Source of the DNA: Candidatus Acetothermia bacterium
GTDB taxonomy: Bacteria > Bipolaricaulota > Bipolaricaulia > RBG-16-55-9
Assembly: GCA_016201405.1 (NCBI GenBank)
Contig: JACQCZ010000007.1
Coordinates: 68,307-132,306, forward strand
Reading direction: 5' to 3'
Length of the DNA: 64,000 nucleotides
Shown here: in pieces, positions 27,387 to 35,990 of the stretch
How the letters are laid out: every line of letters begins with the position of its first letter
How positions within the stretch are numbered: the stretch's first letter is position 1
The notes under the pieces: model-generated
Databases searched by the model: none
What the model saw: only the letters and a program-made list of their open reading frames with translations
What the model was told of the DNA's origin: nothing
Position numbers and translations under genes: made by a program

Positions 27387-27941
27387 TTAGCTTTCAGCGC
27401 CGGGTGGGACATCAAAATCGCGATAGGGTTTGCCAGCCTCTTTGGCAATGAGATGGATTGCAGCCGTTGCGCCATCCCCTGCTGAGATGATGGCCTGGAC
27501 CTGGCTTCGCGAAGTCCAGCCGGGGGCGTAGAGATTCTCAATCGACGTCTGGCAGTGGCGATCCACTTTCACATCTTTTCCTTCAAGCTCGACTCCAAGC
27601 TGAGTGAGCAGTTCTGAATCGACGCCTGTGCTAATCAAAAGATATTTCCCAGAGTCTGTCTTGCCTGATTCAGTCTTGACCCTGAACTGATCACCCGCCT
27701 TCTCAACGGAGATGACTTTGTCATCTTTGACGGCTGCACCAAATTTCTCGGCCTGGCGGCGGGCAATCTTGATAAAATCGGAGCCGTGGATCCCTTCAAT
27801 TCCCAAATAATTGTAGAGGAAAGCCCTGTGCATCCTCGTTTCATTGGTGTCATAAATAGTCGTCTCTAGCCCATATTTTGCTGTGAATAGCGCAGCACTG
27901 TAGCCTGCCGGACCGCCCCCGATGATCAACACTCTAGCCAT
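27387..27941 (-). CDS. short FAD-binding thioredoxin-reductase-like oxidoreductase (no NADPH domain, no CxxC)
   Basis: N-terminal VLIIGGGPAGYSAALFTAKYG (GxGxxG) and C-terminal ...NLYAPGW...AIISAGDGATAAIHL align to the two halves of the TrxR FAD domain. It is only 184 aa. Confidence 0.65.
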   Translation of the reverse strand: MARVLIIGGGPAGYSAALFTAKYGLETTIYDTNETRMHRAFLYNYLGIEGIHGSDFIKIARRQAEKFGAAVKDDKVISVEKAGDQFRVKTESGKTDSGKYLLISTGVDSELLTQLGVELEGKDVKVDRHCQTSIENLYAPGWTSRSQVQAIISAGDGATAAIHLIAKEAGKPYRDFDVPPGAES

Positions 27942-28102
27942 CCCATCGCTCCCTTTTGAAGTGACAAATTAAAATTCATTATAGGTAGCAAAGTTCATTG
28001 AGTTCAAGCTGATTTTCTCTTGACATGCCTTTATACCGGGTGTTAAGATTTCTCCTGCCATCATGGATTCTACTCAACGTTCTGATCACTGAAGGGGGCA
28101 CT

Positions 28103-28363
28103 ATGGCGTTTATCATTGCAGAGCCATGTATTAAAGTGAAATCGGGCGAATGTGTGCAGGTCTGCCCAGTGGATTGCATCCATCCACGCCAAGATGAGCC
28201 AGAATTTGCCGGTGTGGATATGCTATACATTGATCCAGTCACGTGCATTAACTGCGGTGCTTGTGCAGCCGTCTGCCCGGTGGAAGCGATCTTCCCAGAA
28301 GAAGATTTGCCGGAGAAGTGGAGCAAGTTCATTCAGATCAATGCTGATCATTACAAAAAATAG
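28103..28363 (+). CDS. 7Fe-type ferredoxin ([3Fe-4S] + [4Fe-4S])
   Basis: AFIIAEPCIKVKSGECVQVCPVDCIH (Cx7Cx3CP) and CINCGACAAVCPVEAI (CxxCxxCxxxCP). Start trimmed to ATG 28103 behind GAAGGGGG. Confidence 0.85.
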   Translation: MAFIIAEPCIKVKSGECVQVCPVDCIHPRQDEPEFAGVDMLYIDPVTCINCGACAAVCPVEAIFPEEDLPEKWSKFIQINADHYKK

Positions 28364-28426
28364 AGCTAATGGCAGTCTAAGTTGGGCACTTTCATTCTTC
28401 TATTCATAAAAGTCATCAAAAACCCA

Positions 28427-28455
28427 TTGACAAAAGCAGACTGACTTGGTATGCT
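28427..28455 (+). promoter_or_regulatory. putative sigma-70-type promoter of the suf operon
   Basis: TTGACA (28427-28432), 17-nt spacer, TATGCT (28450-28455), about 40 nt upstream of the sufC ATG. Confidence 0.4.
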
Positions 28456-28493
28456 TTTATGCTTCATTTCTCGTTTGAAGGAGAGAATTTGAG

Positions 28494-29299
28494 ATGACGG
28501 AACAATTGGAGATCAAAAATCTGCATGTCAATGTAGAGGGCAAAGAGATTCTGAAAGGACTCGACCTCAGCATCAAAAAGGGCGAGGTTCACGCCATCAT
28601 GGGCCCCAATGGCTCCGGCAAAAGCACACTGGCCCAGAGCTTGATGGGGCATCCCAAATATGATGTGACGCAAGGGGAAGTCCTCTTCAAGGGACAAAAT
28701 ATTCTTGATCTTGAGCCAGATGAGCGCGCTCGAATGGGCCTCTTTTTGGCATTCCAGTATCCCTATGAGATTAGCGGGGTGCCACTCTCCCGTTTCTTGC
28801 TGCAGGCCGTAAAAGCCCGCAATGAAGAGAGCGCGGAGACCGCCTCAAATGGAAAAGCCAAAAAACTGGCATTTGGTGAGTTCCGCAAACTTCTAAAAGA
28901 GAAGCTCGAAATTCTAAGGATGGATGAGTCATTTACAAAACGCTATCTCAATGAAGGCTTCTCGGGTGGTGAGAAGAAACGAGCTGAGATTCTGCAAATG
29001 CTCGTTCTTCAACCTGAGATTGCCATCCTCGATGAGACCGACTCGGGTCTCGATATTGACTCGGTCAAGATTGTGGCTGAAGGCGTCAACAGCATGCGGG
29101 GCGAGAACTTTGGCTGCTTGGCGATCACGCACTATCAGCGCATTCTCAATTATCTCAAGCCAGATTACGTCCATGTCATGGTGGCTGGCTGCATCGTAAA
29201 GAGCGGAGACTATCAACTCGCCAGAGAGCTGGAAGAGGGCGGCTATGACCCGATCCTGGAAGAGCTGGGGATTGAGCGGGAGGCAGAGGAGGTATCGTA

Positions 29300-29300
<1 letters not shown>
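28494..29300 (+). CDS. sufC: Fe-S cluster assembly ATPase SufC
   Basis: [27 protein letters not shown]; followed by sufB and sufD. Confidence 0.93.
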
Positions 29301-30763
<1,463 letters not shown>

Positions 30764-30790
30764 TTTTTCATCGGGCAGATTGAAAGAGGA

Positions 30791-32113
30791 ATGATGGACG
30801 CGACCAAAGCCCTGCACGAGAAGAACTTCTCTTTAGAACAAGTCGAAGCATTTTCTGCCTCTCGCAATGAGCCGGAGTGGCTGCTGCGCTGGCGGCGGGA
30901 GGCATGGGACGCCTTTGAGGCGCTGCCGATGCCGGGCACGCGGTATACACAAGTGAGAGGACTCGATCTGACTGCGATTGAGCCTGTCGTGGATGCCTCA
31001 ACCCAGAAGATTTTGATTCCCAAAGAGCTCAAGGAGCTTGTGGAAGAAGGGACGAATGAGGCTGGAGCGCTTCTCTTTGTCAATGGGACGCTGATCCAGA
31101 GCACCCTATCAGCCGCTTTGAAGAAGAAGGGCGTCCTCTTTACTGACATTACACAGGCTATTGAAGAGGAGCCCGATCTTGTGAAGCGCTATCTGCAGAA
31201 GCTGGAGAAGCCAGCAGACCGCATCCATGCGTTGCAGAGAGCGCTCTTTAATGGCGGCCCATTTGTTTACATTCCCAAAGGTGTTGCTGTTGAGCAACCT
31301 ATTAAGACAATTCAATTCATCACAGAATCAGGGCTGGGTTTATTCAGCCAGGGCTTTCTCATTGCTGAGCCTGAGAGCTCAGTCACTTATCTTGAAGAAT
31401 TCTATTCGCCACATACGGAGCTTGAAAGTGTGGCATTGCAAGCGACTGGATCTCGCGTTCATGTTGGACGTGGCGCCCAGGTCAATTTCGCTGCCGTCCA
31501 GAATTGGAGCCCACAGATCTTCAACTTCACGCGCCGCTGGGCACAAATCGATCAAGATGCAAAGCTGCGCTGGACACTCGGCTGGCTCGGCGGGCGCCTC
31601 ACGATGTCTCACATCGAGAATATTTTAGATGGCACGGGCGCAGCCGTGGAAGATGTGCAGATCTTCTTTACGAGCGGACGTCAGCACTTTGATCTCACCT
31701 CCAACTTGCGCCACCAGAAACCCCACACCAGGGGCGAAGTGACTGTAAAAGGCGTGCTCAAGGACAAATCGGAGGCTTCATTCTGGGGGCGGATTCGCAT
31801 TGAGCCAGGTGCCCAGCACTCCAATGCCTTCCAGAGCTCGCGCTCACTGATCGTGGAGAATGGACCTCGCTCCAACGCGATTCCAAGCTTAGAGATTGAA
31901 GCAAATGACGTGCGCTGCACCCATGCTGCATCTGCTAGTCAAGTTGATGAAGAACAGATTTTCTATCTGCGCAGCCGAGGCTTTACGGCCGATCAGGCTC
32001 GAAAGACGATTGTGGATGGCTTCTTTGAGCCGACCATTGCTGGAATTCCCCTCCCCCAAGTTCAAGACCGCATCCGCGATCTCGTGGATCGGAAGTGGCA
32101 AGGTCAGATATAG
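30791..32113 (+). CDS. sufD: Fe-S cluster assembly protein SufD
   Basis: SufB/D-family beta-helix (ALFNGGPFVYIPKGV, IEANDVRCTHAASASQVDEEQIFYLRSRGF). Confidence 0.9.
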   Translation: MMDATKALHEKNFSLEQVEAFSASRNEPEWLLRWRREAWDAFEALPMPGTRYTQVRGLDLTAIEPVVDASTQKILIPKELKELVEEGTNEAGALLFVNGTLIQSTLSAALKKKGVLFTDITQAIEEEPDLVKRYLQKLEKPADRIHALQRALFNGGPFVYIPKGVAVEQPIKTIQFITESGLGLFSQGFLIAEPESSVTYLEEFYSPHTELESVALQATGSRVHVGRGAQVNFAAVQNWSPQIFNFTRRWAQIDQDAKLRWTLGWLGGRLTMSHIENILDGTGAAVEDVQIFFTSGRQHFDLTSNLRHQKPHTRGEVTVKGVLKDKSEASFWGRIRIEPGAQHSNAFQSSRSLIVENGPRSNAIPSLEIEANDVRCTHAASASQVDEEQIFYLRSRGFTADQARKTIVDGFFEPTIAGIPLPQVQDRIRDLVDRKWQGQI

Positions 32114-32143
32114 TACTCTTGCTGCTGTGCTAAGGGAGGGCGT

Positions 32144-32542
32144 ATGTCGGATCTCGGCATGGAGATCTTGCTTGACCACTACAAAGACCCGCGCAACTTT
32201 GGGCATCTGGATCACCCGGACATTGCTCACGAAGAAGGGAATCCATCGTGCGGAGATCAGCTCCGCATCGAGATCAGGCTCAATGGCGATGTCATCGAAG
32301 AGATTCGATTCAACGGCAAAGGGTGTGCAGTCAGCCAGGCCTCAGCTTCCATGCTGACGGAAGAGCTGAAGGGCAAGAGCTTAGATTTTGTCAAAAGAAT
32401 GAGCAAAGATCAGATGTTGGATTTGATCGGAATTGAGGTCAACCCGATGCGTCTCAAATGCGCACTCTTGGCGCTGAAAGCGACAAAAATTGGTGCCTTT
32501 GGCATTGCTGAATGGCACGATGATGACGAGGAGGGCCTCTAA
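32144..32542 (+). CDS. sufU: SufU-type sulfur acceptor / NifU-like protein
   Basis: LLDHYKDPRNFG, NPSCGD, GKGCAVSQASAS and RLKCALL cysteine ligand pattern. Confidence 0.88.
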   Translation: MSDLGMEILLDHYKDPRNFGHLDHPDIAHEEGNPSCGDQLRIEIRLNGDVIEEIRFNGKGCAVSQASASMLTEELKGKSLDFVKRMSKDQMLDLIGIEVNPMRLKCALLALKATKIGAFGIAEWHDDDEEGL

Positions 32543-32545
32543 GAG

Positions 32546-32869
32546 ATGGGCGGACAGCGAAAGTGGGTCACGGTCTTCAAATCGAGTGAATTGAAGCCAG
32601 GACAGCATAAAGATGTAGAGATCGAAGGAGATTTGATCGCAGTCTTCAATCTTGGTGGGAAGTTCCATGCCATTGCCAATGTCTGCACTCACGATGGCGG
32701 AATTCTTACGGGTGGAGCGCTCAATGGGAAGATCATCACTTGTCCACGGCATGGAGCGCAGTTTGACATCACCAATGGAGATGTGCTTCGCATGCCGGCC
32801 TTTGAGCGGGTCCCAAGCTATGAAGTGCGCATAGAGGGCGAAGATGTCAGAGTTCTCTATGAGAATTAA
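32546..32869 (+). CDS. Rieske [2Fe-2S] ferredoxin-like protein
   Basis: CTHDG...17 aa...CPRHGAQF Rieske motif; 107 aa. Confidence 0.85.
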   Translation: MGGQRKWVTVFKSSELKPGQHKDVEIEGDLIAVFNLGGKFHAIANVCTHDGGILTGGALNGKIITCPRHGAQFDITNGDVLRMPAFERVPSYEVRIEGEDVRVLYEN

Positions 32870-32889
32870 GAGCAGCAGAAAGGGCCGCT

Positions 32890-34155
32890 ATGGCTCATCA
32901 AATTAAAGAAGTTGACAAGAAGAGAGTCGCGTTCAAACCGAAAGATATTCGCAACGATTTCCCAATTCTGAAGCGAAAGATCAACAACAAACCCCTCATT
33001 TATCTTGACAATGCAGCAACTACACAGCGACCCAGGCAAGTAATCGAGGCTCTCCAATCATACTACGAACAGGCCAATGCCAATGTGCATCGTGCCGTAC
33101 ACACCCTGAGCCACGAATCATCAGTGGCCTATGAGCAAGCCCATAAGAAAGTGGCAAAGTTTGTGAATGCCAAGAGCTGGCGCGAGATTATCTTTACGCG
33201 CAACACCACTGAAGCCATCAATCTGGTTGCCTATGGCTGGGCTCTTCCGTTCTTAAAAGCGGGTGATGAAATTGTAGTTACGATCATGGAGCATCACTCC
33301 AATATCGTTCCATGGTTCATGGTAAGAGGCCGCAATAAAGTCAACCTAAAAATTGTTGACGTTCTGGACAATGGCAGACTCAATCTTGATTCATTTAGAA
33401 AAGCCATCACTTCCAAAACAAAGCTTGTAGGCATGGTCTATGCTTCCAATGCCCTTGGCACAATCAATCCCATTCAGGAGATGATTGAGATCGCAAAATC
33501 GGCTGGGGCTCTGACTCTGATCGATGCAGCCCAGGGCGTTCCGCATATGCCCATAGACGTTCAACAGCTAGATTGCGATTTTCTCGCAGCCTCGGGACAC
33601 AAGATGCTTGCGCCCTCTGGCACTGGCTTTCTCTATGCTAAGAGAGACCTTCTAGAGATGATGGAGCCATTTCAGCGAGGTGGTGACATGATTGCCACAG
33701 TGACCACGGAAGGTGCGACCTGGAATGAGCTGCCCTGGAAGTTCGAAGCAGGGACGCCCAGCATAGCCGATGGCATCGGTCTCGGAGTGGCTGTGGATTA
33801 TCTGAGTGCACTGGGAATGCAGAATGTCTTTGATCATGAAAAAGAGCTTGTAGGGTACGGGATGGAAAAGATGTTACGACTGGATAGCGTGACGCTCTTT
33901 GGTCCGCGAGACTGTCAAGATCGCGTTGGCGTAATTTCGTTTAATGTGGATGGGGTTCATCCGCATGACCTCGCCAGTCTCCTCGATCAAGAGGGAATTG
34001 CAGTGCGCTCTGGCCATCATTGCGCGCAGCCTCTGATGAAGCGCTTAGGAATGGACAACACCGCTCGAGCCAGTTTCTATATCTACAACACAAAAGAAGA
34101 GATTGATCGTTTGATAGATGGAATTGAGAAAGCAAAGACGCTATATCGATTGTAG
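32890..34155 (+). CDS. sufS: cysteine desulfurase SufS (class II)
   Basis: YLDNAATTQRP, NANVHR, ASGHKM (PLP lysine), RSGHHCAQP active-site loop. Confidence 0.93.
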   Translation: MAHQIKEVDKKRVAFKPKDIRNDFPILKRKINNKPLIYLDNAATTQRPRQVIEALQSYYEQANANVHRAVHTLSHESSVAYEQAHKKVAKFVNAKSWREIIFTRNTTEAINLVAYGWALPFLKAGDEIVVTIMEHHSNIVPWFMVRGRNKVNLKIVDVLDNGRLNLDSFRKAITSKTKLVGMVYASNALGTINPIQEMIEIAKSAGALTLIDAAQGVPHMPIDVQQLDCDFLAASGHKMLAPSGTGFLYAKRDLLEMMEPFQRGGDMIATVTTEGATWNELPWKFEAGTPSIADGIGLGVAVDYLSALGMQNVFDHEKELVGYGMEKMLRLDSVTLFGPRDCQDRVGVISFNVDGVHPHDLASLLDQEGIAVRSGHHCAQPLMKRLGMDNTARASFYIYNTKEEIDRLIDGIEKAKTLYRL

Positions 34156-35230
34156 TACAGATATTTCGTCGGGACAGGTGAGATTTGTGCGGTTGGAGCT
34201 CGAGCAAGTCGTCAGTCATTTTCAAAAGGAAAAGGGGTTTATCCTAAACCCAATACCACATAAGGACAAATATCGCATCACGTTTGGAATAATACGGGCC
34301 GTTGAAAAAGGCGACTGTGTTCATATCCGTACGAAGAATGAAAACTTGTCCGTGATTATCCATCCCAGATATCTAATTTTGGCAGACCGATTTCTTGAAA
34401 TTGGTGGTATATCTATAAAGGCAGGTAAGAATGATTATCGAGTATTAAATCGTCAAAATATGACAGGGTTCCCCAAAAGGATAAATACCAAAGGTGCAGG
34501 GCCCATAACTTTTGGGGTTCAATTTAAAATTGCTTCTTTTGACTCGCTAAAGAGATTTACCGAATTGCTGGAGAAAGTATCAACAAATTTTGGTGTTGTT
34601 CAGTACCTTAATAAGATTCTGAATGTCAATGATGAAAATCCAGTGGATGATAACGATCTGGAATTTGCCGTATTGAACAGCTTCCAGTTTATTAACACAG
34701 AGACGGATATGGAGATTTTCAACAAGCTCAAATTAATTTTGCGTAGGTCGACAAGTAAATCAGGAATCACTCGAGACCTTGAAGACGGCACCCCCATTGT
34801 TTGTGGAAATGGATTGAATCATAACCATTGGCGTCCATACTTCGATCATGAGACGATTAAACAAATCGAACAAAAGGCCATTTCATGCGTTACGGAGAAA
34901 TACAAGTCCGGAGGGTGGGTAGTAAAGTCGGTCGAGGAAATGAATTGCGGATATGATCTACTCTGCAAAAAGGGCTCAAAGGAAGAACATTTAGAGGTGA
35001 AAGGTACTCAAGGTGAACATGAGACGTTTACAATAACCGAGAACGAGTTGAGATGTGCTAAACGCGATCCAAGCTTTTTTCTTTGGGTTGTGACCGAAGC
35101 ATTATCACCGGACCCCAAACCGTATAAATACACTAGAGATGAATTCCTCCGGGTGTTTCACTTGAAAGCAACTGAGTACCGAGCGACAAAATTGCTACCA
35201 ATTGACAAAGACGTGCGTGATATCTCATAA
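34118..35230 (+). CDS. hypothetical protein with C-terminal DUF3883/NOV_C-like PD-(D/E)xK domain
   Basis: The C-terminal segment GYDLLCKKGSKEEHLEVKGTQGEHETFTITENELRCAKRDPSFFLWVV shows the D...E-x-K pattern typical of DUF3883. I did not recognise the N-terminal ~250 aa. Start uncertain: ATG 34118 overlaps sufS by 38 nt, and in-frame GTG 34178 is the first start after the sufS stop. Confidence 0.6.
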   Translation: MELRKQRRYIDCSTDISSGQVRFVRLELEQVVSHFQKEKGFILNPIPHKDKYRITFGIIRAVEKGDCVHIRTKNENLSVIIHPRYLILADRFLEIGGISIKAGKNDYRVLNRQNMTGFPKRINTKGAGPITFGVQFKIASFDSLKRFTELLEKVSTNFGVVQYLNKILNVNDENPVDDNDLEFAVLNSFQFINTETDMEIFNKLKLILRRSTSKSGITRDLEDGTPIVCGNGLNHNHWRPYFDHETIKQIEQKAISCVTEKYKSGGWVVKSVEEMNCGYDLLCKKGSKEEHLEVKGTQGEHETFTITENELRCAKRDPSFFLWVVTEALSPDPKPYKYTRDEFLRVFHLKATEYRATKLLPIDKDVRDIS

Positions 35231-35238
35231 AGAAGCCC

Positions 35239-35898
35239 ATGCGCAGCAAGCACGCCGATCAATTCAATCATGATCTGGACGCACCCGGCTATGATGCCGA
35301 TGTTCTCGATGCAGAAGATCCCATCCGCACTGGCTATGATGATCTTCTCAATTGGGTGATTGAGCGAGCTGAAATCACAGCTGACTCTGAAGTCCTTGAT
35401 CTTGGCTCGGGCACGGGGAATCTCTCGGCTCGAATTCAGAAGTGCAAAAGACTGATCTGTGTAGATATTTCGGAACAGATGACAGAGATTGCCAAACCTA
35501 AGCTCAAACACTTGAAGAATGTCTCTTTTGCGATCAACGACATTCTTGAATATTTCGATGTCGAGACTTCTAAATTCGATGTGATTATTAGCACCTATAC
35601 CATTCATCATCTCGTTGAAAACGAGAAACAGCTCTTGTTCAAGAAGATTTGGGAACATGTCAGACCCGGTGGCAGAGCCATCTTTGGCGATTTGATGCTA
35701 GAGAGCGAAGCCCTTCAAGACTCTTTTATAAAGAAGTATCTGGTGATGAACGAAATAGAAGTGGCACAAGCGATCCAAGAGGAGTTTTTTTGGTTCGTCG
35801 ATCCTGCCGTCCAGGGACTTCGGGAGATAGGCTTTAAGACAGAAGTGCAGAGATTCTCCGATCTCTCTTGGGGTATCGCTGCTATTAAGCCGAGATAG
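35239..35898 (+). CDS. class I SAM-dependent methyltransferase (small-molecule type)
   Basis: Motif I VLDLGSGTGNLS, motif II DVIISTYTIHHL, post-II GGRAIFGD. No DNA-MTase DPPY/NPPY or PCQ motifs. Confidence 0.8.
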   Translation: MRSKHADQFNHDLDAPGYDADVLDAEDPIRTGYDDLLNWVIERAEITADSEVLDLGSGTGNLSARIQKCKRLICVDISEQMTEIAKPKLKHLKNVSFAINDILEYFDVETSKFDVIISTYTIHHLVENEKQLLFKKIWEHVRPGGRAIFGDLMLESEALQDSFIKKYLVMNEIEVAQAIQEEFFWFVDPAVQGLREIGFKTEVQRFSDLSWGIAAIKPR

Positions 35899-35990
35899 CA
35901 ATAGGTCTCAGTAAAGCAGTGCAAAGATTGCCTCACTCTCGCCCACACGACTACAATGCGCCATAACGATTTCCAAGGAGGCTGTCGAAA

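Noticed and set aside
34118-35898. DUF3883 nuclease-like gene plus adjacent methyltransferase as a restriction-modification pair
   Set aside because: The methyltransferase has small-molecule class I motifs only. It has no DPPY/NPPY or PCQ/ENV DNA-MTase motifs and no target-recognition domain.
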